Source: Antedon mediterranea (taxonomy: Eukaryota > Animalia > Echinodermata). Taken from it: a DNA stretch of 64,000 nucleotides. The notes below the pieces were generated by a model. The model saw only the letters and a list, made by a program, of their open reading frames with translations, was not told the DNA's origin and did no database searches. The stretch spans positions 12,214,001-12,278,000 of the forward strand of contig NC_092671.1 in assembly GCF_964355755.1 (NCBI RefSeq). Direction: 5' to 3'. The translations under genes and the position numbers were made by a program. This document shows positions 50,501 through 64,000 of this stretch, piece after piece; positions within the stretch are counted from its first letter, which is position 1; every line of letters begins with the position of its first letter.

Positions 50501-53500
50501 ATATTGTATATAACCTTAAACATACAGTTCAAATTACACTTATATTTTTAAAAACTCTCTTATTGTTTAATGCAATAACATTTCTATTGGGTTGAAATGG
50601 CTGTGTTCAAAGTGATGTTTGAATGTGCGGCCCCTAGTTAGGAAGGCCTCTATATCACCAGAGTCTGTCAAGCAATTCAGAAGGGCCTCCGCGCCACGAG
50701 ACGGGTGAGTGAGAGAGATATACTACGGGTCATAGTCTTCACGCAAGGATACGTAACAAATAAAACGGACTGTATATGATTTTACGCTCTAGCAAACACA
50801 GGATTTCGTCGTCGTCCCCATATTGTCGTGTTTCGTAAAGTTCCTAATTTATTTATTGAACACAAGCAATGCAATACAAATTACCAATGCAACGTCAAAC
50901 TGTTTTTGTTATTACAGTGTATAGCTTGTATTGCCTGTGCAGAACTTCCTCATGGACAATGGCCTCAACTTATTGACATCCTTGTGGCAAATGTCACTAG
51001 TGCTAGCAGTACAGAATCTACTAAAGAATCCACACTCGAAGCTATTGGCTATATTTGCCAAGACATTGTGAGTACAGCATATTTTAGTCATTTTTGTGTT
51101 TTTTATCATCACCTTTCATTTAATATACAAACTTATGATGTTTATTATTATCTATAGGCAAAAGTTTGCAGATAACTGAAATAAATACCAAACAATCAAT
51201 CAATCAATATTAATAAGATTGTATTTATCATCACCTTTCTTTTGAGCAATTGGGAGGGGGACACTATTCTGATGCTCAATTAAACACTGAAAGAGCAGAC
51301 TGTGCAAGTGATGTAATCATCTGTACCGTTTAATTTAAATTTGATTGATTTTTTATTAAATTTTTGAATATAGGAACCACATCATTTAGCTGGTAATTCA
51401 AATGAAATACTGACAGCTATCATGCAGGGAATGAGAAGAGAAGTATTGAGGTAATATAGATATGTCTCATTAAGTGAAGTGGAAGGAATGTTATCTTTCC
51501 ATATTTTTCATTTAATTTCTACACCACATTTCTTAACTCTTTTATTTAACTACAATTTATACATTTATCTAAAAAGTGTTACATCATTTCTCATTGCTTT
51601 TAATTACATATTTTCCGTATTCTATATATCCTGTATTATGTTATTGCTACTGTAGTAGATGTAATATTATACAAATAATGAATGTTTATGAGTGTAATGG
51701 TACAAATAATGGCACGAGGTGAATGATGAAAGGTTATATTTCAACGAGACGATGAGCCGAGTTGAAACATAACCTTTCATCATTCACCAAGTGCCATTAT
51801 TTGTACCATTACACGAATACAAAACTTTCATTATTTGTTTTTTATATAACATCTAAATAAATTCCTGTCATTTGAATCAAATAAATAAGGTATCATCCCT
51901 AGCCAAGGCCTACTACATTTCATTCACATTGATTAAAAACAGTAACATTTGGTTTTTAATAATTTTATATTAAATGTTATATTTATATGGATTTCATAAA
52001 CACACCTACTTTTGTGTTAGTTATGTCAACAAACGACCAAATAATCCTAGGCCTAGCAAGGCTAAAATGCCTAGGCTAGGCCTAGCCTAATACTAGCATG
52101 GCCTAGGCTAGGCCTAGTAGCCTAGTACTAGCTTAGCTGAAAGGCAAAACTTCGACAGACAATTGAAACTTATCTAGGCTAATTATGGTTTTTCCAACAA
52201 TTCCATGTCTTGTAGGGATGTCCCCATTAATTAATCAAAATCCTAAAAACGATCTAAAGCTAATTTAAATTCCTTTTTTAATTAAATTAGTACATATATA
52301 TGTCCAAATCGTACACAAAAATATGCTGCCCGCGGTGGTGTTTACAAACGAAACTCAGACCAGACGACAGGTGGCGCTGTTGTATTTCACAGTACAGAGC
52401 CATATTACAGATGCAGTATATCTAACATTTAATTTGTAAACATACAATACTAGATTTTTTTTCAAAATAAAAATGTTTAAAAGAGAAACGAAACTGAGGC
52501 CAGACGACAGGTGGCGCTGTTGTATTTCACAGTACAGAGCAATATTACAGTATATCTAAAATTTATGGTAATTTGTATACTAGATTTTTTTTCATCCGCG
52601 AAACGCTTTTTTTTTTTTTTAAAGTACTATTTAACGATCGTTGAATACTGCGTACTATTGCACGCCATGTGACCCACATTCGTCCAATCAAATGACAGGA
52701 ATTTATTTAGGTGTTATATAAATTGCATTAACGCTTGTTTTTTACAGTATTCCTGTTAAATTAGCTGCAACAACCGCATTACTAAACTCTCTTGAGTTTA
52801 CGAAAGCTAACTTTGACACAACCGTAAGTTATAAAATGATTATACGTAAAGTTCTACCTACACTATCAAACTATTTTTACAAAAAAATGTGATATTTCCA
52901 AATATGTTAGTGATATGTCCAAATATGGTAGCGATATGCCCAACTATGGTAGTGATATGACATCATCATGTCCATATATGGGCACATCACATTTTTTGTC
53001 ACATAAAATTTCATAGTGTAGACAGAGCTTAATATCGTTTACATTAATTAAAAAATGATTTTTAACTTGTTATCCATTTTTTTAATATGGCTTTTGAAAA
53101 TATGTGGAGTATTAATGGTACATTGGGGTTTTTTTGTGCATGTGTGTGTAGGCCATAAACTAGTTTTTATATTGTGTTATTAAAATTTTATAATATACCT
53201 ATCTTGAAATACAAGATCTTATTAACATAAATTCTTATTGCATAATTCTAATATTTTATTATTAATTTAGAATGAACGACATTACATAATGGCTCAAGTG
53301 TGTGGAGCAACGCAGTGTACAGATACAAGAGTTAAAGTAGCAGCTCTGCAGTGTCTTGTTAAGATTCTATCACTCTATTATAAATATATGGAAGATTATA
53401 TGAAAGCAGCTCTCTTTGCAGTAAGTTATGTTATGAGAAGATCAGAAACCAATTACTGCTTATCAACTATCATTTACACATCCATTTCAAATTTAATTTT

Positions 53501-56500
53501 CAAAATGACAGGAATAAAATGAATTCCAATTTCTGTTTATTAACACTTTAATTTTGGGATGACATCGGGTTATTGGAGATTTACATAGACCATGTTTGAA
53601 ATTGCAATAAATTAACAACAAATTAAAACAATGTAAAATTATGGGTGAGGAAAACAAGTGGGAAAGATAAAAGTTTTCATTTCATTCAATATTTTAAGAA
53701 TCTGCTTTCAAAATTAGACTTAATACATTAAATTGGTTAAATAATTTCTAACTCTGAATAAGTCTCTTTACTACAGTATACTACTAATACTATTTTACTA
53801 TAGTAATATCGTCACTTTGCTGAGGGATGTAATTGTAGTGGCTGCTTGTTGGATCACTATTTTGGCGTTTGATCAATGTAATTTCTTATACCCATTTTAA
53901 ATGGCTTACTTACTATTTCTTCCCTCGGAATTGTTCAGTGCATCCCTGAATGTTAAAAAATTAGATGTTATATTCCTATTTCAGATTACCATTGAGGCAA
54001 TGAAGAGTGATGTTGATGATATAGCATTACAGGGTATAGAGTTTTGGTCAAATGTCTGCGATGAAGAAATGGATTTGGCTATTGAGGCAACTGAGGTTGG
54101 TTTTTAAAAACATTTACATACAAAGAAAAGTTATGTTTTTAGTTGTTGAAATGTTTTGGCTGCAAGTTGCCTTTATCACTACAGTAGAACCTCCATTTTA
54201 CGTACGGTACGGGACCGAAAGGCGTACGTAAAACAAGGGATTCGTAAAATCAAGGTTGACCTTAAATTGACCCCAAATACGTAGAGATCGTAGCTAGCCG
54301 TATTTGCCTACTTCTGTACTGTGTACAGTATGCGTCACTAGCTTAGCTAGGCCTAGGCTATTCAGGCTAGGCTAGCAGGCCTAGCAAGATGTGAGGCCTA
54401 ACTAGAAAAGTACAGTATATACAGGCTGTGCGATGTTTAAATAAAGTGTAAAATATAATTGTTTTCTATCAATAAAAACAGTCGCTGCTTTAGGGGGAAT
54501 GCACGTGCGTAGCTTGTCAAACACACAGCAGAATTCCTCACACAGCCATGATTGTGGCTTTGTGTGCTTTGTTGTTGTTAAATTGCGCCCTCAATGTAAG
54601 AAAATGATGACGTCATCGGTTATTTTAAGCGTACGTAAAATCGAGGGAACGTAAAATCAGGGTACGTAAAACACAGGTTCTACTGTACTACCTTTTGTTA
54701 CAACATATTGGAAAAGGAACGGAATTGTTTTTCAGATGAGACTATAAATATTTTCTTTTTTAAAAAAAATGGCTGACTAGGTAGTAGAAACCCCTCTTTT
54801 GGGACACCCTACATTCTCCAAGAAAAAACAAAAACAATGTAATGTTCTGACCTTATGACCTACCCCAAGGGGATTCTTTGTTGGGTGGTTCTGCTGTAGT
54901 AGTACTGAACTGGTGTACTGCTTCTTTTACCATCACATTTCAATTGAAATTTTAAATTATACATAAAACAAATTGAATCAATTATTAATCGATATTTGTA
55001 CCCCTAATTTATGTAGGCAATGGAACAGTCGAGAAGACCAGAGAATTATAGTAGGTTTTATGCTAAAGGTGCCCTTGAATTTTTGGTACCTATTTTAATG
55101 AAGATGCTTACAAAACAGGTAAGTGTATTTAATATCTTTATTTAAATTATAGTTAGTCAATGCAAGTTAGACTAGTTCATTTTCATCTGGGAACGTAAGA
55201 TTATGGTTTCCAATCAATCAAATCTTGTTTTTTTTATAACTAAAAATAAATTCTATTTTAAAATTTGCATCCAAATAAGCCGGCTAGTACACATTAATCA
55301 GTTGTGTTTTGGTGGTATAGTGGTGCATACAGAAACAATGGGTGTCCTTCATAGCTGACCCTCTATCTCATGGGAATGTTGAAGGATATTCAATGACAAT
55401 CTATTTATACTTTAATTTTTTAATGTTAATGTATAAGAGAGCATGTGTCAATGGGAATGTTGTTGCGACTATACTCAAATAAGGTTCTGCACAGTATAGG
55501 AAAATGATGATGATGATGAGTATCCATTTACCTGATTTTATACCATAATGTCTCTTGCGTATCCCTTTCTTAACTGTAAGCATTTTAGGCAATGAAAGTC
55601 ATCATTTTATTTATAAAACAATACAATGTTTATTTGTAAAGGATGAGAACGATGATGAAGATGATTGGAACCCTTGCAAGTCAGCAGGTGTATGTTTAAT
55701 GTTACTAGCAAATTGTTGCGAAAACGATGTTGTGCAACACGTTATGCCGTTCGTTGAGGGCAACATTAAAAATCCTGATTGGCGATACAGAGATGCATCT
55801 GTCATGGCGTTTGGTAAGTCAGTGACTCCATTTATTCTATTCGAATTTGATTGTCATATTTGCAAGACAATATCGTTGTCTTCTGCCAGGAGTAAAAATA
55901 GGTACAAGGTGGAAATGGGATCTCCCAAAATTGTGTCCATAATTTATGAATAGATGTTTTATAGTATATGTGCTATCATTGTTTAGAGACACTATGATGT
56001 CATATCACTACCATATTTAAGCACATCACACTTTTTTTTGTCAAACTATAAGTTTGATAGTGTAGGCATAACTTAACTTTACTTGGGCTTTTTGGATGTG
56101 CTTGAAGTAATACTGTAATTATGTTTATGTATAAAGCTTGTTCTTCTTTTTAAATTGTATACAGGTTCAATATTAGAAGGTCCAGATCGAAATCAACTGA
56201 AAACAATTGTAATTCAAGCAATGCCATTCCTCATTGACCTGATGGGTGACCCTAGTGTGATTGTCAGGGATACTGTTGCCTGGACAATAGGAAGAGTTTG
56301 TGAACTACTACCAGAAGCAGTGGTTAATCAAGTTTATTTTGCACAGCTTCTTGAAGTACTCTTGAAAGGACTAGAAGCAGAGCCTAGAGTTGCAGCTAAC
56401 ATATGTTGGGTAAGTATATTGCTGGATTATCTCTCAAGGATGACCTAGTGACTGGTCTATTTTACATTTGCTACTGGTTTAATTTAGCTGGTTTAAAATG

Positions 56501-59500
56501 AAAAGGTATATGACAGAACATGGTATAAAAGTCTTCTTTTTATTCTGTCTATAGGCCTTCTCAAGTCTTGCTGAGGCAGCTTATGAGCAAGCAAGTATGG
56601 CAGTAGAAGAGGATGAAGAACCGGAGACATACCAGCTATCTGGCAATTTTAGTCTTATTGTTAAAAACCTTCTTTTGACAACAAATAGGTATGGTTTATT
56701 TAGAAATTTCTTTTAATTTGTTCTTAGAAATAATGCATTATAAAGACAGTAAACATTACCATTCTTACAATTGTATTAGTATGGAAGTGGAATGTTGGAC
56801 TATTGATTATGAGATCGTTCGAATCCAGTGCTTGACGCGTTGCTATCCTTGGTCAAGAGACATTACTATGTTTGCCTCTCTCCACCCAGGTGTACAAATA
56901 AACTATTAGTTTAACCTGTACCTTTTTGCTATACAGGGAAGATGCTCACCAAGCAAATTTAAGAAATGCTGCATATGAAGCTCTAATGGAAATGGTTAAG
57001 AACAGCGCTAAGGTAATACTTTATTTTTATTGTTACTTATTTTATATTGTTTTTATTATTGTTACAATTTTATTGGACAACTAACTTTACTATTAGTTAA
57101 TACTAACATGTCTCTCGCCCTCTCTATGAACATTGATATTCTCAACTAAACAAGAATATTTCTTACATAAAACGCTGCTTGCTTATTGTTATTGCTAAGG
57201 TCAAGTCTGGGGGTCACTTCATCAAGCCTAGATACTTCAAGTATCCTATTACAAACAAAAACTTCAATGGACTGTTTTGATAATAATTCAATGATTATCT
57301 GACAGTGAATTATAGTAATATCATGGGACTCATAAATACCAGAAATGCTTTAGGATTTGTCATTAGACTCTTTTCCCAGCCGTTTTTTGGATTCAACAGG
57401 TGGTACCTATAAATTATAGTCGAGTTTCCATTTTAACAAAAATGTCAAAGTGTAGTACTATACTGCTGCTTGATTTCATCTAATGAATGAGTCATCTCGT
57501 GTGACGTAGCGGGCTAGAGCAGCAGCGTGAAAAAGAATTTAACAAATAACTTGGCCTATATATGTATAAATACACCACCTGCCCATGGATGAGTATGTAA
57601 TGAATTACACACTTAATGAAAGTGATGACTGTTATGGTCAATATATTATTATGATTAAGATCTGAAAATTTGCATCCAAATAAGCCGGCTAGTACACATT
57701 AATCAGTTGTGTTTTGGTGGTATAGTGGTGCATACAGAAACAATGGGTGTCCTTCATAGCTGACCCTCTACCTCATGGGAATGTTGAAGGATATTCACTA
57801 ACATTTTTTATTTTCATTATATACGTCATACAGTCAACTCTCCCAATAACGTACACCTTTGGCCTGGGCTAATATGTCTGGTTTTCCAGAAAGTCTGGTA
57901 TTCGTCATGTGTTTTTAATGCTAAAAATGAATTTAAGACATTTTGGACCTCGAGAAATATCTAGTTTGTTTGAGGCCGATATTTGGATAGTTGACTGTAC
58001 TACGATCAATCTTGACAATTAGATAAATATATTTTATGTAAATTGGTCTACAAAACATTTTTAATAAAATAAATATATTAAAAGTATTTTGTAACAAAAA
58101 GTTATATAAATAGTATTTATTTTTTTTTTTACTATATATCATTTCATGTGCTGAATTGTTTATAACCTGATTTAGTAGAAGTGTTAATACGTATTGCTGG
58201 TGAAGACCTTAATATAGCAATATTCAATCATAAAATATGGTCTTAAAATGTTATTTTTTGTTTGACAGGATTGTTATAAAGCTGTACAAGATACAACAAT
58301 TGTTATCATGGAAAGAATTCAACAGATTTTAACAATGGAGGTAGGTTGTGTGAAGTAAACACAATTCTGATCTGATTATAGTAAAGTACTAAAACAAATA
58401 TGTAGCACAAACCTATGTATTGATATTGAATAGCACCCTCTATACTTTGTTTTAAATAAGTAATGGGGAAATGATAATTATGATGAAAATGGGAAGTTTT
58501 CAATCAGATTCAAACCAAATAATAATGGAGTCTGGCATGCAGACTATTAAAGACACCTTCCCTACAATTTGTGACGTTTTGTAAAAATAATACATATATG
58601 TTATTACTTTAAAAACATTAAACCAGGTCATTCCTTGTCTTAAATGTACGTTTTATGGTAAATTATGATAAAAAGTGAGAAACAATGCACTACCTAAGTA
58701 GCTCGCGGCAACTGACCTCTCGTGGACGGTCTTTAGGCCTAGCCTAGCTAGGCTTAGTTTTGTAGGCCTAGCTGGTAAACATCGGTAACGTACGAACATC
58801 GTACGCTAGCTATAGGCCTAGTCTGACGTTGTATAGTTGCTGCATTAATTGTCTTTCTATTTTTGCCAGACTCCGTTGATACAAATTGGGGAAAACCCGG
58901 TATTTTCGCTGAAAAGTTAGGAGTCTTCCATTTGTTTTGGCCTCACGATCGATCGAAAAGTGGGTGAATTACAGAAGAAAAACAGAAATATCGATCCGCG
59001 CGCAATGCATTTTGGGATTTATAGCGGGCCGCTATAATTATTAGAATCGACTTATTTTTCACATTTTTAACCATTTAAAGACGAAAAAAGTTATCGCAAT
59101 AGGACCATATAGTATTATTTTTACATTAAATATAGTTTGTGATCTTAAAATAGATCTAAAAAATGTAGGGAAGGTGTCTTTAAGCTATGTCTACACTATC
59201 ACACTAGTTTGAAAAACAAAAGTGATGTGATCTATGGTAGTGATATGATGTCATCGTGTTCATATATGGGCACATTACATTTTTGTCGCATAAAGTTTGA
59301 TAGTGTAGACATAACAGAGCTTTAAGAAGATTATTCAACCCATTTTGTACACGACAAAGGAGCAAACATTACTTGATACTGTAATGTCAAAATGATCCAT
59401 GCAATTTACACACTTGGTAATAAGCCCACTGTGATCATGAGTTTATAAGGCCACCTTTCAGCAATGTCAAAATGATCCATGCAATTTACACACTTGATCA

Positions 59501-62500
59501 TGAGTTTATCATAATGCCACTTTTCAGCAATGTCAAAATGATCCATGCAATTTACATACTTGGTAATAAGCCCACTGTGATCATGAGTTTATAAGGCCAC
59601 CTTTCAGCAATGTCAAAATGATCCATGCAATTTACACACTTGATCATGAGTTTATAATGCCACTTTTCAGCAATGTCAAAATGATCCATGCAATTTACAT
59701 ACTTGGTAATAAGCCCACTGTGATCATGAGTTTATAAGGCCACCTTTCAGCAATGTCAAAATGATCCATGCAATTTACATACTTGATCATGAATTTATAA
59801 GGCCACCTTTCAGCAATGTCAAAATGATCCATGCAATTTACACACTTGGTAATAAGCCCACTGTGATCATGAGTTTATAAGGCCACTTTTCAGCAATGTC
59901 AAAATGATACATGCAATTTACACACTTGATCATGAGTTTATAAGGCCACTTTTCAGCAATGTCAAAATGATACATGCAATTTACACACTTGATCATGAGT
60001 TTATAAGGCCACCTTTTTCAGCAATGTCAAAATGATACATGCAATTTACACACTTGGTAATAAGCCCACTGTGATCATGAGTTTATAAGGCCACCTTTCA
60101 GCAATGTCAAAATGATACTTGTGATTTTACACACTTGGTAATAAGCCCACTGTGATCATGAGTTTATAAGGCCACCTTTCAGCAATGTCAAACTGATACA
60201 TGCAATTTACACACTTGGTAATGAGCGCACTGTGGTTTTGAATTGTGGAAATTCCCAGTTTTTATTTATCTAAAAATTGGTCACTTATTTATTTTTTTCA
60301 GTCTCACTTCCAGACAGCGTCGGACAGAATGCAGTATCATGATCTACAATCATTACTGTGTGCCACTTTACAGGTAGGCACATCAATAAAGCAAGACCTT
60401 TGTCTTGTTTCACCTTTGTCAATACTATTTATTGCACAATATTTCTAATATCTTGTATTGTATAATCAAGATAACAACTGTTTACTGTTTGGGATGGTCC
60501 TCTACACATTTGTGAGTAATAGCACTTGAGTATATTTCATTATTTAGCTCAATGATTGCAATGGAATTATTTCATGTTGTTTGCGTAAACTGATAGCTCA
60601 TATTTATTTGCAAATAATCCTATAGCTATTTATGATATACAGTTTATAAGGGTTACTGTAGGGACAGTCCCTTGTGCAAACCCAATTGAACCAGATAACA
60701 TAATTAGGACAGGATATTTTCTTGGATATTTTAATTTTCCTGCAAACCAGACTACACAGCTGAATGTGTGCAGAATGTAGATAGCTCCATAGTCTGGTGC
60801 TACATCATGAAATTGGAAAGTACATGTAAAATTAACTATAAGTAGACTCAAATAATAAATTTGCATCCAAATAAGCCGGCTAGTACACATTAATCAGTTG
60901 TGTTTTGGTGGTATAGTGGTGCATACAGAAACAATGGGTGTCTTTCATAGCTGACCCTCTATCTCATGGGAATGTTGAAGGATATCCACTGACAATCTAT
61001 TTATACTGTAATGTTGTAAATGTAATGTTTGTACAAACTTGCTATTGCACGCATACATACACAAATACTAAATGTTACTAAATAGATATTTATTATTATA
61101 AATACAATATTGTCTTACTGTATTTCAGAGTGTACTAAGAAAATTCCAGCCTGAAGATGCAAAAGTTATTGCAGATCCAGTCATGAATTCTCTTATACAC
61201 ATGTTAGAAAGTACAACAGGGAAATCTGGGGGAGTTCAAGAGGACGCGCTCCTAGCTGTTGGCACTCTAATTGAAGGTAAATGTTACATTGCCCCAAACA
61301 CATCAACAAATTCCAAATAATTTTTTTATGCTGAATATCGTTGCCGGTGCATATTGTCTAGATGTTTAGAATATAGTAATTTTTCAGATCTCTTTGCTGT
61401 CAAAATAATAATAATATGTCGATCTTATATAGCGCTTAATGCACAAAGCCTCTAAGCACTTTACATTATTACACCAGTCATGTTCTGGATCAAATGGGTC
61501 TGGAAACATACTCCTGTGTTTTGACCTATACCAGATACCCATTTTTACACCTGGGTGGAGAGAGGCAAACGTATAATGAATAACATTATTTCTTTCAGTG
61601 TTAAATGTTGACTTTGAAAAATACATGGAAACATTTGTTGTACATCTTATGAGAAGTTTAGCAAACACGGCTGAATATCAAGTGTGTCTTGCTGCGGTTG
61701 GCCTCGTTGGCGACATCTGCCGCGCACTCAACGCTAAGATACTTCCAATTTGTGATGAAATCATGAAACTACTTTTACAAAATTTATCAGTGAGTAAAAC
61801 AGAAATTTTTACCAGATTTTTATTTCAACGTGAAAATATCATTTCTTTTGTTTTTCTTGCAGTTATGCATTAATTATATCTTTTATAAAATTTCTTTAAA
61901 GGATAAATCTGTCCATCGAAACGTTAAACCTCAAATTCTCTCAGTGTTTGGTGATATCGCTCTTGCTATTGGCAGCCAGTTTGAAAAATATCTCCAGTTT
62001 GTTTTTGTCGCACTGAACCAGGCATCTCAGGCTCAGGTTGATAAGGTATATATCTTTTGAACACCTTTCCCTTTTTATATTCCTTAAATATTATCTTTAA
62101 CACGTATCCAAACAGAAAGTAATAGCTGTTTGACTAGAGCACACATTTCTTTTGTAATATGCCCCGTGGGATGGGGCTTAAATTGCTGAGAAAAAGGCAC
62201 ATATTAGGAACTTTAAAGTGCCATCATTTCACCCGCTTTCTTTAACATCCTTGTTTAGACGGACTATGATATGGTAGAGTACCTAAATGAGCTACGAGAA
62301 GGATGTTTGGAAGCTTACACTGGGATTATTCAAGGACTTAAAGGTGAAGAGAATGACGAGGAAAGCAGTAAGTTATTGGCTATCTCATAACTTTTCTCAA
62401 TAATGAAATCTTTAATTGTCCGTCATAACAAAAATATTAAGATGTACAACAATGCCAAATCCTGTAAAACATTTACAATCTTAATCTAAATTCTTCCAAA

Positions 62501-63635
62501 AATGATCTTGAGGTACAATTTTTCTGAACCCATATAATGTCATTTTTCAACAGAAGCAAGACTTAAACTTGTGTTGCCGCATGTTGAACACATGATAAAT
62601 TTCATTGAATACATAGCCAAGGATGAAGACCACACAGACAGTAATACATCATGCTGTGCCGGACTTATTGGGTTGGTACTTTCATTTAATAGCATTATAA
62701 TTATTAATTTTGATATACATTCCTATAATATATATGGATTTTGTCATATATTTCAATGGATTGTAATATCCATATGTACACTGCTATATTTATTTGCTGT
62801 CTGGGGTTTCATTTACTATATTGTTGACTGAATTAGAATAGTACAAGATAAGTGAATGTATTACCATTGGGACTCGCAGTGCCCTGTCAGTGGGACTCAT
62901 TAATAATCCTTGTCAAACACATACAGATACATAGACTGAAGCATGATTGTAAAGGAATGACCCACTTTGGTTTTGCATTGCTATTCTATTTAAGATAAAA
63001 TAATTTTGTATTTTCATGACCTCAAACAGACGAATATTAAATTTGGTTTCATAATACCTAGTTAATTAAGTTATTTAGATTACGTGGTCAATAAAATAAC
63101 ATGTAAGAATAACATTGAGAGTCTGATAATTAATTTGATGGATTTGATTATAGTGACTTGTGTAGTGCATTTGGGCCCAATATGCTGCAGTATTTGGAGA
63201 CCAAGCCAGACATACATGAATTACTACAAGAAGGCCGCCGTTCCAAGACAAGCAAGACTAAAATGCTCGCTTCATGGGCAACCAAGGAACTAAGAAAACT
63301 TAAACAAACGTGAGTGATTGCTTTATTGTCAATCATGTTATGTAGTCAATTGGGACGACTTTTTCTCATTCTCACAGATTTCCTCATCTTTATCGTTTCA
63401 AATTAATTTATTAATTATTAATTATTTATATTTATTTATAATTTCATGTATTTTATATTTCAAAATGATCTGCCCTATTAAAGGCTTTCAAATGGACGTT
63501 TTTTTGTGTCTGTATATGCTATTTATTGCCAATACGTAATTTTAATTTTATGCATAACATTCATGGGGAACATTTTGTCCTTTTGTCTATATAAATATAT
63601 TGCAATTGAAGTTATTTATTTTTTCCCACAGATAA
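47542..63635 (+). CDS. KPNB1: Importin subunit beta-1, about 23 coding exons
   Basis: [17 protein letters not shown] (47542-47593); [10 protein letters not shown]; [15 protein letters not shown]; [13 protein letters not shown]; [15 protein letters not shown]; [17 protein letters not shown]; [14 protein letters not shown]; [17 protein letters not shown]; ends [12 protein letters not shown]. Confidence 0.97.
48340..49510. repeat. Degenerate 15-bp minisatellite (accaacatcaatctc)n in KPNB1 intron 2
   Basis: Direct observation; the + strand is nearly G-free. Confidence 0.97.
51668..52721 (+). mobile_element. Non-autonomous element with a long terminal palindrome and split inverted repeats (Crypton-like)
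   Basis: Hairpin at about 51671-51838; atataacatctaaataaattcctgtcatttga (about 51845) is inverted at the far end (52688-52721); other copies at 8186-9548 and 29101-29414. Confidence 0.7.
54182..54685. mobile_element. Tc1/mariner (pogo-like) MITE
   Basis: ta|cagtagaacct ... aggttctactg|ta; related small elements at about 54783-54897 and 57830-57997. Confidence 0.8.
55266..55401 (+). ncRNA. Probable box H/ACA snoRNA, copy 1
   Basis: Hairpin (tgcatcca..tggtgca), H box ACAGAA, hairpin (tgggtgtccttca..tgaaggatattca), ACA box; about 136 nt, intronic and sense to the host gene. Confidence 0.72.
56775..56903 (+). mobile_element. tRNA-derived CORE-like SINE, 5' part
   Basis: B box gttcgaatcc, then tccttggtcaagagaca..tgcctctctccacccaggtgta. 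Confidence 0.6.
57671..57806 (+). ncRNA. Probable box H/ACA snoRNA, copy 2
   Basis: Near-identical to copy 1; ACA retained at the same spacing although neighbouring bases differ. Confidence 0.72.
58551..59179. mobile_element. Kolobok-like MITE
   Basis: ttaa|agacaccttccctaca ... tgtagggaaggtgtct|ttaa. Confidence 0.8.
59383..60235. repeat. Minisatellite with about 80-bp and 60-bp unit variants, about 12 units
   Basis: aatgtcaaaatgatccatgcaatttacacact[tggtaataagcccactg]tgatcatgagtttataaggccacctttcagc. Confidence 0.97.
60862..60997 (+). ncRNA. Probable box H/ACA snoRNA, copy 3
   Basis: Near-identical to copy 1; the stem substitutions (gtctttca, gatatcca) remain pairing-compatible. Confidence 0.72.
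61403..61572 (-). mobile_element. CORE-like SINE, 3' part with (TAT)n tail
   Basis: Minus strand tttgcctctctccacccaggtgtaaaaatgggta..aagcgctatataa..tattattatt; shares its core with 56775-56903. Confidence 0.65.
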
Positions 63636-64000
63636 AAAAAAAAATTGTGTGAGCTGATGAAGACATATATGGCAGTAGTTTACGGCTACTCCTAAACAGC
63701 TCCGAGGTGTGTGAGATCACAGTGGAGAGATGGAGTGAGCGTGACAGTACTAACAAGTTCACAATGGTCAAAACGGTTCACCAGTGATGTCTAAGACTTG
63801 ACTTAACAGTTTAATGTTGGGCATTTCGGTTGATTGAAACAGAAAAGGAATTACAATCCTGTTAATGTGAATGGCCTTTTCATGTGCATTGTGAGAATTG
63901 TCAGTGGTCAAATTATCAACTTGATTCAGCCAATCAGATATTCGTTTTTGTGTGAGAGATGGAGAACAGAAAATACAACAAGTGATTCTTGTCTTTAATT

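Noticed and set aside
57622-57665. C/D-box-like GTGATGA...CTGA just upstream of snoRNA copy 2
   Set aside because: Only about 44 nt, no terminal stem, and absent from the other copies.

Overview
AT-rich, intron-containing animal genomic DNA, probably a marine invertebrate deuterostome such as an echinoderm (inferred, not proven). Bases 1-20 kb are dominated by decayed non-LTR retrotransposons (CR1 with PHD ORF1, Penelope, L1/Tx1, several L2/CR1-group). Threaded through them I reconstructed two paralogous small secreted-peptide genes, built from short phase-1 exons that the ORF track largely misses. Gene B (18366-19423) is 91 aa with two 4-Cys modules. Gene A (7832-15054) is 72 aa with one 4-Cys module, an RR site and a C-terminal GKR amidation signal. 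The rest of the window holds ZC3H15 (+), whose intron 1 carries a nest of DNA transposons, and DNAJC10/ERdj5 (-). It also holds a 4-exon gene for a secreted PAN/Apple + PAW-like (PNGase C-terminal) protein with a Thr-rich insert (+), and importin beta-1 KPNB1 (+), which hosts three copies of a probable H/ACA snoRNA. All gene models and domain calls were made by eye; no searches were run.
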